Below the pieces are notes generated by a model, which was not told the origin of the DNA, ran no database searches, and saw only the letters and a program-made list of their open reading frames with translations. A DNA stretch of 63,097 bases, filler included, from Chiloscyllium plagiosum (taxonomy: Eukaryota): the NCBI RefSeq assembly GCF_004010195.1. It is 4 parts of one record of this genome, joined end to end, with 100 filler letters (N's around TTAATTAATTAA, not from the genome) between each part and the next. Parts side by side here need not be neighbours in the genome. Positions count along the whole stretch, not along the records: positions 1 to 21,652 come from NC_057717.1; positions 21,753 to 44,061 come from NC_057717.1; 2 more parts are not named here. One strand, given 5' to 3'. Shown here piece by piece: positions 12,240 through 25,965 of this stretch (its first letter is position 1; every line of letters starts with the position of its first letter). The position numbers were made by a program, and so were the translations under genes.

Positions 12240-12520
12240 GCGTGATCAATATCAGAACAGCCCAATTGGACACTCACTCCATCAAATCACAGTCGCAGTA
12301 GAGAGTACCCTCTACGATCCGCACTACAGCCTCCTCCGAATTTAATTTCCACACTCACCAATGGAATGACGAGAAGCTGCAGAGGTGGGGAGAGAGGGTT
12401 TGGTGCCACCCTCTGTTTCCCATAAAGACATACCATACCGATTGGGAACAACAGTGGCCGGGAGTTCTGTGTAGCTGGTGCCAAATCCTGGCAGTCCTTT
12501 GCTCTAATGCTGTGGTGATT
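12240..12520 (+). mobile_element. Old LINE 3' fragment (opposite orientation to 25295-25965)
   Basis: CACTCACTCCATC... and CAAATCCTGGCAGTCC correspond to the reverse complement of parts of 25430-25690. Confidence 0.5.
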
Positions 12521-13344
12521 CGGGTCAGGAGATATGTTCTGGGAATTATCTGTTATGCCAGCACACCATGATTGAATTGAAAATGATGTCAGGCAAGCCC
12601 GTATCGGAATGCCTATTATTATTTGTTTTGGGCAAATTGGTGTGCAGTCTTTTTTACCCGATTGTCTCTATCTTCAGAACCTCCCAGGAAATGGGACCAG
12701 AACCTCCTCTGTTCCCGTGAATTCTCTGCTGCCTGAATGAAACCATGGATCAGCCGACAGCAATGAGGGCTGCCCCAGCTCAGGGTTGAGTGATTCTGGG
12801 ACGGATATGCACCCGCTTTGATGGGGGAGTAGGAGATCAACGAAATGAGGAGGCGAATTAAGCCCTGAACGATTCGTAGCTGAGGTAATTGCAAAGATAT
12901 GTCCTGTCAAAAAGTCACTCTTTATTTATACGTGGGGACTGCTTGTTGATGATTCAGCTACCTCAGAGCACTTTGTAACTCTTCAAATAACTGCTAATTG
13001 CAATCCTGTCGAACTCCTCCTTCTATATCTCACTCTTCCACTGTCCCCCACAATCTATTGCTGTGAATTACACAGTTTTGCAACCCTTTTGTCAAGGTAA
13101 TTCATACTCATCTTAGTTTTCAGCCTGCCATTCTCAATTCCCTCTCCTGAGGAAGCATCAGTTCTATGTTTACTTTGTGCACTGACAGACGGAAAGTACT
13201 TAATTGTTTCTTTAAGCTCATTGCAAAATGTTTGCAAGTCGCCACGTGCATAATTGTGAGTGTCTATTTCCCCTGTCGTTCGGACGTGGGCTGTTGTGCA
13301 CACTCTGAAAAATGTGCTAAAGGCTCTGGAACTAATACTGCATT

Positions 13345-13790
13345 GGGTACAGAAACATGGAAACGTTGAAGCAGAAAGGGGTCATTCAGCCTTTTGAGTC
13401 TGCACCATCATTCTTCACGATCATGGGCGAACATTCCAACTTAACAGCCTAATTCAGCTTGGTCCTCATTATCTTCAATCCTAATCGCCCTAGGTGTTGT
13501 AGATATCCTCTTCTGAATATATTAAATGTTTGGGCATCACCTACGTCGTGTGGTAATGACTTTCACAGTTTCGCTATTCAATGGATGAAGTTATGTTGCC
13601 TCTTCTTTGTCCGAAATAGTTTACCCTGAATCCTCAGCTGGTGACCCCTCGTTCTCGAGACGCACACAGACCATCGAGATCATCCTCCCTTCTAGTGCTG
13701 CCAGAATTTTATAAGTCTCGGTGAAATTCCCCAATCATCCGTCTGAACCTCAATGAAAGCAATCCTAACCAATCAGTCTCCTTATGTTTT
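13345..13790 (-). mobile_element. CR1 LINE 3' end
   Basis: Reverse-complemented CR1 3' UTR (GGTCATTCAGCCTTTTGAGTCTGCACCATCATT) and ORF2 C-terminus. Confidence 0.65.
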
Positions 13791-13830
13791 CCACCAGCTG
13801 TCCTCACTGCTGCCTGCTACGGTCAACATA

Positions 13831-14059
13831 GCGAAAGTGAGGACTGCAGAAGCTGGACATTGGAGTCAAGATTAGAGTGTTGCTGGAAATGCACAGCAGA
13901 TCAGGCAGCATCCGAGGAGCAGGAAAAACGACGTTTCGGCCAATAGCCTTACATCAAGTCGATTTTCCTGCTCCTCGGATTCTACCTGAACTGCTGCCTT
14001 TTCCTAGCACCACTCTAATCAAGACTCTGATTTCCATTATCTGCAGTCCTCACTTTTGC
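13831..14059. mobile_element. Short fold-back (hairpin) element made of two inverted Penelope termini
   Basis: AAAGTGAGGACTGCAGA...GATTAGAGTG...GGAGCAGGAAAAACGAC is the imperfect reverse complement of GTCGATTTTCCTGCTCC...CACTCTAATC...TCTGCAGTCCTCACTTT. Confidence 0.85.
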
Positions 14060-14849
14060 CGAGAGCAAAGTTTCTCTATTGTGATTTTATTGCACTTGCA
14101 TCACTTATCGGAATATTCCTTTTGCAGAAATCAAGGTGATTCTACCTCCAGCTGACTCGGTGAAACCTACAGAAAAGAAAAGTTTCTATGGATTATCAAT
14201 GTGATACATTCGCACCTAACTCCCCATCTCTGCCTCGGGGAAGACAGGCTGTCTTATTTTTCTCGAACAGTGCGAGTTTCATGAATGTTCCACTTCTCAT
14301 CACACGTTCGGTGTCATGCCCAATTAACTTGTCGCCTTTAAGACTGAGTGATCTGGTTAGCAGACATGATGCTTAAACAAGCATGAAACGATGTTACCTT
14401 GTTTGGCACATTACAAATCTCAATGACATGTTTTCTCATTCTTCAAAACTCAAGATTCAATTGGCCTAAAATGTTGAATTGCACGACAATGAGATTCGCC
14501 CCTGAGCTTTTGATTTAATTCATTAAACTTTCAGCAGCAGATCACACAGGCTCAGAATAATGATCGAGAACTGCCATGCATTTTTAGCTTCACCACTATT
14601 TATATTATAAAAGATGCTGAGTACTTAAATTTTTATATTTGTTTTCGCATGATCAGCTATGCAACTGGTAAGGAATCCGATGTCCAGCATCTGCTGTCCT
14701 CACTTCTCCTTTATGACTGACAAAGGCAGACGTATGTCAGTGTCTCACTGTTCTCCCTCGAATTTTAAAGTTGAAGTTCTTCTTTCCGACGCTTCATTGT
14801 TTATGTGACTGCAAAACAATGTGAGAACAGTCAGCTTCTATTTCACACG

Positions 14850-16640
14850 TAGAAAATGAGGACTGCAGATGCTGGGGATCAGAGTCGGGAGTGTGGTGCT
14901 GGAAAAGCACAGCAGAACAAGCAGCATCCGAGGAACAGGATAATTGACATTTTGAGCAAGACCCATTCACTTGTAATAAGACTTGTGAGCCGACGGGACT
15001 GAGAGATGAATGGGGGATTGTAGAGGTACTGAGCGCGTGATAGGTAGGTGGAGGTGGAGTAATGGTGATAGGTCGGAGAGGAAGTTGGAGTGGATAAATC
15101 GGAAGGAAGATGAACATGCAGGACAGAACATGAGGATGTTGTTGAGTTGGAAGGTTGCAACTGGAACAAGGTGGGGTGAGGGGAAATGAGGAAACTGGTG
15201 AAGTCCACATTGATGCCGTTTGTATGCAGGGTCCCAAGGCGGAAGATGAGACGTTCTTCGTTCCTGGCTTCGCTTGGTTATCGTGTTTTAATGGAACAGG
15301 GAAAGAAACTGCACGTTCGTGGCGGTGTGGGAGGGGCAGTTGAAGCGTTCTTCCACGGGGCCTTAGGGTTTGTTTGGTGCGGTTGTCCGGAGATGTTCTC
15401 TGAAGCGCTGTGTAATTAGACTTCCTGTATCTTCAATAAAGAGGACACCACATCAAGACAAAGAATACATGGATGGCACGAGCAAAAGTGCGCATAAAAC
15501 TCTGATGGATATGAAAGGCTCGTTGATGCCTTGGATGGAGGTGAGGATGGATGAGTGGGCGCAGGATTTTGCAAGTCCAGCAGTGGTATGGGGGTGTCCC
15601 TAGAAGGAAGGGTGTGACGGTGGGGTCGTGGACATGACAAGAGAGTAGCGGAAGTAATTACCTTTATGGGAAACGTATTGAGGTTGGGCTGGAAATTTAT
15701 CTCTGGTGGTGGAGTCTGTTTTTAGATAGCAGGTATGACGGAGAATGACGCGATGTCTACGGAGCTTGTTGGGGTGGAAGATGAGGACCAGGCGATGTTG
15801 TCTTTTTGCAATTGAATGACCGGGTTTCGAGGGCAGAGGTGTGGGCCGTGGAAGAGATGCGTTGGAAGGCATCATCTACAACTTGGGAGGGGAAATTGCA
15901 ATCTCTGAAAAAGGAGGCCATTTGGTGTGTTCTGTTGTGGAACTGGTCCTCTTGGGAGCTGATGCAGTGGAGGCTGACGAATTGGGAATAAGGGTTAGTG
16001 ATTTTACAGGGGTCAGGATGGGAGGAGGTGCAGTCCAACTCGCTGTGGGTGTCAGTACAAGATATCTGTGTTGGGTCATTCACCGTTAATGGAGATGGAG
16101 AGGTACAGAAAGGGGAGATCGGTGTCTGAAATGGTGCAGGTGAACTTAAGGTCGGGATGAAATTTAGTAGTGAATTTCATTAACTGTTCAACCTCCTCGT
16201 GGGTGAACGAGGTGGCACCAATACAGTCATGAATATAGAATAAAAATGGCGAGGAATGGTGTCGGTGTAACAGTAGCTTGACTGTCCCAAGTAAATGACA
16301 AATAGAGAGGCATCGCTGAGGCCCATGGATACTCATTTCTTCCGGAGGAAGTGGGAGGATTCAAAAATTAAACTATTGAGGGCGTGGACATGTTCACGCA
16401 AAGAAAAGAGTGTCAGTGGGGTGGCACTAGTGGGGACGGCGGAAGTGGATGAAACGGGGGACTTGGAGGCCTTCATCATGACGGATAGAGGTGTATACGG
16501 ACTGGATGACCATAGAGAAGATGAAGCTCTGCGGGCTGGGGAAAAGAAAGTCTCGGAAGAGGTAGAGGGCGTCAGTGGTCTCCAGAATGTATGCAGTGAG
16601 TTCATGGAGCAGGGCGAGTAGGGCAGTGTCAAGGTAAGTG
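14850..16640 (-). mobile_element. Penelope-like retroelement (RT + GIY-YIG endonuclease), degenerate
   Basis: Minus-strand fragments FHPDLKFTCTISDTDLPFL and CTSSHPDPCK..NPYSQFVSLHCISSQEDQF...MASFFRDCNFP; colinear with the younger copy at 44162-45162; terminal repeat at 14850-14960. Confidence 0.9.
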
Positions 16641-16689
16641 TGGATGATTGTACGGATTTGTCAGGAGCACCTCATGCCTCACAAATCAT

Positions 16690-17620
16690 TTGAGTCCATG
16701 AAGTTGGCGAATCTACAACTGTTGCCGGCAGTGCATTTCTTATCACTGCTACTCTCTGAGTAAAGAAACTACTTCTGACATCTATCCCGTATCTAAGACC
16801 CCTCAATTTCGAGCCATGTCACCCTAGTGCTAGCCGTCACCATTCGAAGAAAGCATTTTTCATTTTCCATCCGATCTAACCCCTGATTATCTTACGTGTC
16901 TCAAATAAGTCAACTCTCAAACTTCTTCCCTCAGTCTTTCCTCATATGACCTTCTTTCCAGACCAGGCAACAACTTTGTAAATCACGTATGATCCCTCTC
17001 AAAAGATTTCAAATCTTTCACGTATGCAGTGAACAGAATTGTACGCAATAGCCCAATTGTAGCCCCACTATAGTTTTGTACTACTGCAATATTGCCTCGT
17101 GGCTCTGAAAGTCAACCCCACCACCTTAAAACCTAACACACCGTGTGTCTTCTTACTAACTCTATCAACCTGGGTGGTAACTTTGCGAAATTGACGCTGA
17201 GATCTCTCTGCTCATCTACACTACCAAGAATTTTACCATAGCCCTGTACTCTTTATTACTGTTGGTCCTTCAAAAGTCAATCATCTCACAAGTTTCTGCA
17301 TTAAACTCCATTTTCCAAGTCTCAGTCCGAGTCGGCAGCTTATCTGTGTCCCTCTGTAAACTGCAGTATGCTTCAATATTGTTCAGAACTCTATCAAGCT
17401 TAGTGTCATCCGCAAATTTGCTAAACCATCCCTCGTTGCCCTCATGCAGTTTATTTATAAAAATGACACAATGAGAGGCCCCTTCAGAGATCCTTGAGGA
17501 ATACCACGAGAAACTGAACTCCGGATGACCATTTCCTATCAATGACTACATTCTGTCTTGGATCATCTGGAGAATTTCTCATCGAATACGATAAATCGAC
17601 CTCAATCCCATGCCTCACTT
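16690..17620 (-). mobile_element. CR1 LINE 3' portion
   Basis: ORF 17270..17542(-) contains FINKL...SKFADDTKL...LQRDTDKL...WKMEFNAETCE. Confidence 0.88.
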
Positions 17621-18079
17621 GGACTTCTATCCCATTCAGTGCAAGTTTAGGACAAACATCCTGGAAAAATTGAAATTCTTCCATGTTAGGCATGAAGGCC
17701 AGATTCTTCAGGAAAATACCAACATTGTCTGCACAGTTCTCAATTTTGGGAAAACGAAACTTTGTCAGTTTAATTTATCTGGGCTGGGAGGCACTTTCAG
17801 AACTTGATGTCGCAAACTATTTCAACTGACCTGGCAGTTCCTTTACTCAATGTTGTCATTCTTGTGAGTTGTCTTTACAAGGTCTGAATACTCCAGCTAT
17901 CCCCAAGATGCTGTCTTTTCCAATTGTTTCCACAAATTATATAATTACATAATTAATTTCCTGAATCAACCTTTAATATAACTCTACCTGTCCCTCTGTA
18001 TCTTTTTCTTGCTTTGGCTACCTTGTGTAACGAGCGCAAGCTTTGCGAATAACAGCAACAACGAAATGATGGGTGACGG

Positions 18080-19160
18080 GTTGTTGTTAACTTCTCGATG
18101 TGCTCCATATTGTGTCTCAGATGAAGGCCATCCCCTTGATACACTGTTCATTACACTGTAGTGCTTCAAATATGTCACCAATGACCAGCTACGTTACGAT
18201 ATCCGGTGTATGCTGATCGCAATGGAACCACTTCGAACATCAAAGAACAGACCTTCAAAGTGTTGGAGAAACACGTGCTTTCCCTGAACAGATCAGAATG
18301 AACCCTCCAGTAAACACGGTGTCACTAAATCCTATCACATCTCTCTGGTTCATAAAATGCATTATTGTGCCTTCTTCCTGGAAAGAATTTACAGGTTCAC
18401 CTTCAGTCATGTAATATTCCACCTGCCAAACAATTGCCTACCTATTTATGTCCATATCCAGACTTCATCTTCTCTTGACAAATTAATTTCCTGCTTAGTT
18501 AACGCCATCGCCAAAATTTGTTGCCATAATCTATTCCACTCCTCTAGATCATTGATATAGACTGTAAATAGTGAAGGACATAACACTCGTTACCCTGTGA
18601 CTCCACTGAATGCATTCTGTCAAACTGATCGAAACTGATTACATCCTGTACTTCCGCTTCCTCTTTGACAACTAGCGCTCTTTCATTCCTGTACACCAGC
18701 TTTGCTGCATTTTTGCAGCAACATTTCCCCATCAATGCATTGTATTCTCGACGAAATAATCACCTTAACAGCATTTGCCTTTCTCATTACCTCGCTGTGC
18801 CTCCGTAGAAGTTTTATATGATATGTGTGAGGGAGTCAAAGCTGTCTGTTCTAAAACACTCTGAAGACTTTCCCCATTTAGATGACAAGTTGTCTTTCTA
18901 TTATTCCGACCAAAATGGATAACTTCATACTTCTTAAATTGACATTTTTCTGACAAATTATTGCCCATTCAGCTAACCTATCCATTTTCGTTTTTAAATT
19001 TCTTACGTCCCTATTGCAACCCACTATTCCATCTGCTTTATTGTTTTTTGACAATCTGGCTATTATACATTCTACGGCCTCATTTAAGTAAGACAATCGA
19101 CTGTGAATAATTGTGGCCTGAGTACTGAACTCATAGCATCCCAATATTTGCCAAACAGAA
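18080..19160 (-). mobile_element. Old CR1 fragments (ORF1 SGNH-esterase remnant and RT C-terminal remnant)
   Basis: MYQGDGLHL (esterase DGLHL motif) at ~18120-18144; KYEVIHFGRNNRK and MDRLAEWA in ORFs 18765..19144. Confidence 0.6.
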
Positions 19161-20244
19161 AACCAGACATCTATTTTTCTGTGTCAATTTTGTTGGCTGC
19201 CTAATTTTTTAAGTGTAGGAACAAATTTTCCATACTGCACCAAACTCCTGGCCTTTATATAAACACTTCTAAAGTAAAAACGCAGCTCGGCTATGCTTTG
19301 GAAAAATACACAGACACAAAGTTGCCTGGAATCATTGTTCAGACCGAAAATCCAATCGACATCGTAACTACAAAAGAGCAATTCATCAGACCTATCACTT
19401 AAGACGAAAATAATATTTACTTTTGGAGCAACCCCAACCCAGATATTATGGGGCTGACAAAGACACCGAGACATTCTTACTTCAATCAATATTGATGCAG
19501 AGAGATATTAGACATTCCACATAAACACGTATATTTGCAACTACTGTGAATTAACAGAAAGCCAATTTAACTCTAAAGGGAACAAATATAATGCAATGAC
19601 AAGCGAGAATTGGTATGACATTAAGAGCCTACAATTAACATAATTGCAGGCCCTGAGCCATACCTGAGAGTGTGGTTTGCCCTCAGACAGCTATCACAGA
19701 AAATGTTATCCCACCAGCTACCGAAAAGAAAGGAATCCCAAATATGTTGGCCCGAGAACTCTTTGCACAGAAATCCCGGAAGAAGGATTCCTATGTCAAT
19801 AGGAAACCTACCAACATAGGCGGGTTCTTGCCTGGGGAACCAATGGCAAATTTACGACCAGTAGCCATTAGAACTTCAAAACCCTGGAAACCACTGACCC
19901 AATAGACACATCCTGAAGCATTCACGGGCTCACAAAACGACCAGAAAATATGTCTAACCACGTACTCACCTGATAAATCCAATACATGCCCTACCATATC
20001 AGTGGACTCAAACCATACTGAAGGCGCACTGTTCGTAGTCATGATCGAAGCATCGATTACGGGAAGCAGGAACAGCCAGCTGTACTTCAAAATCCTGAAT
20101 TCTCCCCAGTGGTAAGCCCATACGCTCGAGAGCCGAAAATTTCCAAACTAGCTTACAGAGAGGGGAAAGGTGAGCTTGGAGACACCAGCGAAGCGAAAGG
20201 ATAAGAAGTCTGATTAAAGATCCTGTGATTAAAGCAGTTATAGA

Positions 20245-21652
20245 CTCATACAGAGGTAGAGCAGGGAAACAGACACTTCGGTCCAAACCATCCATGGCGT
20301 CCAGAAATCCCAACCGAATCTCGTCCCAACTGCCAGCATCCGACCCACGTCATTCACAACCCATCTTATTCATATACCCATCAAATTCGTCTTATATGTT
20401 GCAATTGCACCAGCCTCCATTTCATCCTCTGGAAGCTCATTGCATACACATGCAACACTCTGTGTGAAAATAATGCACCTTCGGACTCTTTTATACCTTT
20501 CCCCTCTCGCACGAAACCTACGCCCTCTCGTTCTGGACTCCCCGACACTAGGGAAAATACTTTGTCGAGTTATCATATCCATGCCTCTCATAATATTGTA
20601 AACCTCTACTAGGTCACCTTTCAGCCTCCGACGGCCCAGGGAAAACAGTCCCATCCTGTTCAGCCTCTCTCAACAACTCAGATCTTCCAAACCTAGCAAC
20701 ATCCTCGTGAATCTTTTCTGCACGCTTTCAAGTTTCACAACATCTTTCCGATTGGAACGATACCAGAAATTAATGCAATATTCCAACAGTGGCCTAACGA
20801 ATGTCCCTTACAGCCGCAATATGACCTCCCAAATTCTTTACTCAATACTCTGACCAATAAAAGAAAACATAATAAACTCCTTCTTCACCATCCTACCTAC
20901 CTCCGACTCCACTTTCAAGGAGCTATGACGCTTCTCTCCAATGTCTCTTTGTTCAGCAACACACCATGGGAACTTATCATTAAGTATATAAGTCCTGCTA
21001 AGATTTTCTTTCCCAAAATGCAGCAGTTCGTATTTATCTGAATTAAATTCCATCTGTCACTTCTCTGCCCATCGGCCCATCTGGCCAAGATCCTGTTGCA
21101 ATCTGAGGTAACCCTCCTCGCTGTCCACTACACCTCCAATTTTATTGTCAACTGGAAACTTACTAACTGTACCTCTTATGCTCGCATCTGAATCATTTAT
21201 GTAAACGGCAAAAGGTAGAGGACGCCACACCGATTTTTGTGGCACTCCACTGGTCACTGGCATTCACGCTGTAAAACAACTCTCCACCACCACACCCTGT
21301 CTTCTACCTTTGAGCCAGTTCTATATCCAAATGGTTAGTTCTCCCTGTATTCCGTGAGATCTAACTTTGCTAATCAGTCTCCCATGAGGAACTTTGTCGA
21401 ACGCCTTACTGAAGTCCATATAGAACACATATACCACTTTTCCCTCATTGATCATCTTTGTTACATTCTCAAAAACTCAATCAAGTTTGTGAGACATGAT
21501 TTCCCACGCACAAATCCATGTTGAACATCCCTAATCAGTCCTTGACTTTCCAAGTACATGTACATCCTGTCCCTCAGGATTCCCTCCAACAACTTGCCCA
21601 ACACCGACGTCAGGCTCACTGGTGTATAGTTCCCTTGTTTGCCGTTTCCACA
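20245..21652 (-). mobile_element. CR1 LINE 3' half (RT + 3' UTR), relatively well preserved
   Basis: PVTSGVPQKSV..YIND..SKFPVDNKIGG, MEFNSDKYELLHFG and GLFSLGRRRLKGDLVEVYNIMRG...SRTRG; runs into the spacer. Confidence 0.93.
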
Positions 21653-21752
21653 NNNNNNNNNNNNNNNNNNNNNNNNNNNNNNNNNNNNNNNNNNNNTTAA
21701 TTAATTAANNNNNNNNNNNNNNNNNNNNNNNNNNNNNNNNNNNNNNNNNNNN
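21653..21752. other. Artificial spacer N44-TTAATTAATTAA-N44
   Basis: Exactly 100 bp; the linker has stops in all six frames; the same structure recurs at 44062-44161 and 57379-57478. Confidence 0.95.
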
Positions 21753-22870
21753 GGTTTTGCACTGAGAGCTGACAAATACGCGGTATTTGGCTAAGTAGCA
21801 GTCTCAGAGTGTACTTGAAAATTGAGAATGTGTAATATATGTCAGTTAGAGTGACGTGTGAGATGGTTCCTGTTTTGACAACGATTTGAATTGAAGAAAT
21901 TATTTTGAATTATTCCACATGAATATAATATCCAATTGAGTTTGAAATTTTTGCTTTTACCAACACCGATCTAACGAGACGATCCTTTGTTGGGATGCAA
22001 TCATTCAGGCAGGTTGAAAATCAGACAGTGTAACTGCCATCGAAGAGTAACTACCATCGACACGATAATTGCCTTTGAGAAAATCTGCGATTCAAAAACA
22101 CTCTCCAGCAAAGGTACCGTTTAGATATCAAACTATTCGCTGTAAAGGAAGGAAGAGTACCCAGGGAGACCTTCAGATGGAGCAGAACAGTTAACAACGA
22201 CGACAGCGGCTGAAGAGTAATGAAATTAGGTACATGTCATTTTAATGAGTTTTTAAAAATTACGTTGTAACAGTACATCGTTATTCAGTCAATAGGCAGA
22301 TGGTGAGCAGTTCAGAGAAGGGGTCCTTCGACTTCTGAAAAGTTGCTGTTTCATGTTCATTTTTAGAGTTTTCAATTTCGGAGTTCTCTGCTACTGAGGT
22401 GAGCAATCGAGTCGAGGTGAGATTTTCTGGGTATTTGATTGCACTTACAGAGGGGCTCTCCCACCGTGGCGTCGTATTATGCATCAGCACATGAGATGAA
22501 ATGTAATTTCCGACAGGAATATCATCCTGTAAAGGTTAGAAATTGGGAGAATGAGAATTCTTCCACTGCACAATAAAGTGCAGAACGCACTTAAAATAGC
22601 TTGCTCCAAGTTAAATAAAAATGAAGCCCGAGGAGATGAACAAGAGATGGAAGATTTCATGTGTTTTCATGGTAGTGGAAAGGGACACGCAAAATGACAG
22701 TGCTGATTGGAAAGAAGAGCACTGGGAAAAGATGTTACATTGCCATAAGGTGGGACACATCAGATTAAAGTGCTGATCATTGAGGAATGGTACTGTTGGA
22801 AAAGATGTCGTAAGAGAGGCTAAGACATTGGAATTATTTGAAATCCTAAAGGAAACCACAAGAAACGTCC
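21753..22870 (+). mobile_element. Gypsy/Gmr1-like relic: LTR-like fragment plus gag zinc-knuckle fragment
   Basis: 21880-22020 resembles the LTR at 35540-35680 (e.g. GAGACGATCC, TTTGAAxTTT); 22730-22830 encodes CY(H)CHKVGHIRLKC...GKDVVREAK, homologous to the gag knuckle at 29830-29920. Confidence 0.6.
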
Positions 22871-23009
22871 ATCAATGAAACCACAAGAAACCCCTAGAAA
22901 ATTGCATGTCCACCAACGCCAAGATTGGAGTACTGTATAATGAAAGTTGGACAAACCACTTAAATCTCAAATTTGGATTTAATGTGCGGTAATATGGAGC
23001 TACCTTTAA

Positions 23010-23509
23010 NNNNNNNNNNNNNNNNNNNNNNNNNNNNNNNNNNNNNNNNNNNNNNNNNNNNNNNNNNNNNNNNNNNNNNNNNNNNNNNNNNNNNNNNNNN
23101 NNNNNNNNNNNNNNNNNNNNNNNNNNNNNNNNNNNNNNNNNNNNNNNNNNNNNNNNNNNNNNNNNNNNNNNNNNNNNNNNNNNNNNNNNNNNNNNNNNNN
23201 NNNNNNNNNNNNNNNNNNNNNNNNNNNNNNNNNNNNNNNNNNNNNNNNNNNNNNNNNNNNNNNNNNNNNNNNNNNNNNNNNNNNNNNNNNNNNNNNNNNN
23301 NNNNNNNNNNNNNNNNNNNNNNNNNNNNNNNNNNNNNNNNNNNNNNNNNNNNNNNNNNNNNNNNNNNNNNNNNNNNNNNNNNNNNNNNNNNNNNNNNNNN
23401 NNNNNNNNNNNNNNNNNNNNNNNNNNNNNNNNNNNNNNNNNNNNNNNNNNNNNNNNNNNNNNNNNNNNNNNNNNNNNNNNNNNNNNNNNNNNNNNNNNNN
23501 NNNNNNNNN
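23010..23509. other. 500-N scaffold gap (other gaps: 40732-41004, 42422-42921)
   Basis: Runs of N. Confidence 0.98.
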
Positions 23510-24149
23510 TTACTGGAGATTGGGAGAATCGGTGTGGGGAGCCTCCAAACTTCAAAGAAGACAACACAAGGTAAATTTAGCGAAACATGTTCCTGATGAC
23601 TGAGTATTCTAGAAGTAGGGATCTCGGTTTAACCTTGATTTATGAGTAAGGGAGAGGGTATAAGCTGAGACTACAACGGAGCTGAATTCTCACAGAATGG
23701 ATCGAAGGGAATTTTTGTGTTTTAAATCTCTGTGATGCTATGACCCGCTCCAATCAGCATCCTTCCTTCTGCAATCCTATTCAGATATTGGCTAGCGAGA
23801 GAAAGAAAACCAGGGACTAAAGCAACATGTGCCTGCCGATTCATTCTTGTACGAATATAGCGAAGGTCAGCTCAGAGCGAGCATCACCTCGAAGGAACGC
23901 CAGCTTACTGTAATTTCAACTCAACCCTTTTGTTTCTGGGTATTATTCAATGAATAATCCACATTTTTAATCAAGATTATGTTGGAAATATTATTTGCAA
24001 GACGTGCAGCTACCCAGACATTTGATACAACACTTGATGAAAAATAACTCATCAATGCAAAAACCCTTTTTAACTTCGTAAACTCGGCTACACAAGACTA
24101 AAACTTGTGGGGAATGTTCCAAGACCTCTGAGTAGTATCACGTCTCTCA

Positions 24150-25280
24150 CACAAAAAGCAGAGGTGAGAGTCCAATTTTTCTTTGCCATAGCAAAGTTAT
24201 TCATCATGTAATAATAAAGACAGTAGCATCATGAATGCACATTGGTTGTGTAAGGGGGAACTGAGAAAAATGACACAAAGGCACAAGTCACAATCAAAGG
24301 GCATGCGTTTGAGATGAAGGGAAATGTCTTCGCCCAGGGACTGCTGAATCTGTGGAATTCTCTGCCACAGATAATGGCTGAGTCCAAAACTTGAGATATT
24401 TTCCAAAAGGATTTAGGTATCATGGTTATAGCTAAAAGTTTGAAATGTTATGGTGGAGAAAGAAGCATAAGGGACTGAGTTAGATGACCAGCCATGATCA
24501 TACTGAATGGCGAATGTTATGGCAATAATATTCTGTTGCTCATATTTTTATCTTTCTCTACTTCAACTTTCAATGGATATGCTGCGATTGGAGAATTGGC
24601 TCGAGTAGATTTCCAGTGAGATCGGTATTGGAACCATTGCTCATCCTGACGTCATTATTGATCGGGGCTTTGATATATGTTCAACAACTTTCAAGTTTAC
24701 GGATAGTACAAATTTTTGAAACTGAACAAACGGTGAGGAGGGACATATGGAACACCACAATTATTTTCAGGATTTAGTGGATGAGCAGAGAGTTCGCAGA
24801 AGAGGTTCAATGCTGACAGGTGTAAGCTGATGCACAATTGATAAGAGGAAGTTTGAATGACAATGTAAATTAGGGGAGGATGGAGTAGAGGGACATAGAT
24901 GAATATGCACATGAATTCGTGATGGTGGCAGAGCAGGTGGAGAGAGCAGTTAAAGCAGCATACGGCGTCCTCGACTTAAGTGATAGGATGTAGATGATAA
25001 GACCAAGGATATAATGAAGTACTTATTCATTACACTTGTCAAATCGTCTTTCGCATATTATGTACATGTGAGCAAAGTTGTAGTTGATTTTAGAGATTAC
25101 AGAGAGGTTATAGGAGTTGTTACAGAAATGAGAAATGTTATTTGTGAGAGTAGATTCAAGAAGTTGGGAGTGTTCGACTTGATGGCAAGAGGGTTGAGAG
25201 GACAGGTGATAATGGTTTTCAAAATTATAAGTGGGTTGGATAAAGTGATTAGAGAAAGGAGAAGGAACGAGAAGGAATAG
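24150..25280 (+). mobile_element. Degenerate CR1 LINE fragments
   Basis: RFKKLGVFDLMARGLRGQVIMVFKIISGLDKV (ORF 25014..25280) and a CR1 3' UTR at ~24300-24520. Confidence 0.7.
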
Positions 25281-25294
25281 ATGAAAAGTTATGG

Positions 25295-25965
25295 TTGGTT
25301 TTATTTCTGTTATCCGCCCGTTGCTTACTCGTCAGCATATATTGCCTGTTGGTTATCGGTCTCGGGAAAGCTGTGGTAACTGCCTTCTTGAACTGCTACA
25401 GTCCACCTGATATCGGTCGACCCACAATGCCATTGGGGAGGAATATCAGGATTTTGACCAGGCAACAGTGAAGAAAGGGCGATATATTTCCAAGTCAGGA
25501 TGCTCGGAGCCCTGGAGAGATGCTTTCATGTTTTGCTCGTCCCATAGATCTACTTCTGTTATCCTTAAGGATGGGAGTGTTTGCGGATTTGGAAGTTGCG
25601 CTCTGAGGACCTTTGGTGAGTTTCTACAGTGTATCTCGCAAATAGTACACGACTGAGTGTTCGTTGTGGAGGGAGTGGATGTGTTTGGATGCAGTGCTAA
25701 TCAATCAGGCTGCTTTGCACTGAATGGTATCAGCTTCTGTAGTATTGTCGAAGCTGTAACCATTTAGGCAAATGGGAAGTATTCCGAGACAGTTGAGAAT
25801 TAGTCCTTGTAGCCGGCTGAGGGAATCCAAGATGTAACTTACTGGCCGCAGCTTTGCTATCTTCTGATCTGCTGTTCCAGCCATTCTATTTACGTGGTGC
25901 ATCCTGTTGCATTTGTGGTCAATGGTAACGTCTAAGCGGTTGATAGTGGGAGATTCAGTGATGTT
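25295..25965 (-). mobile_element. LINE 3' end (CR1/L2 group); its distal part is duplicated at 26828-27060
   Basis: ORF 25705..26004(-) ESPTINRLDVTIDHKCNRMHHVN resembles the RT thumb LGVTID.KL.W..H.N; the 3' tail resembles the SINE tail at 50860-50930. Confidence 0.65.

Noticed and set aside
11840..12301. 153-aa ORF with a signal-peptide-like start
   Set aside because: Its N-terminus is read from the Penelope terminal repeat and the rest runs through LINE debris.
19640..20230. Possible L1/Tx1 ORF2 C-terminal remnant (HIFWSFC) on the minus strand
   Set aside because: Only a short motif resemblance; cannot be supported without a search.
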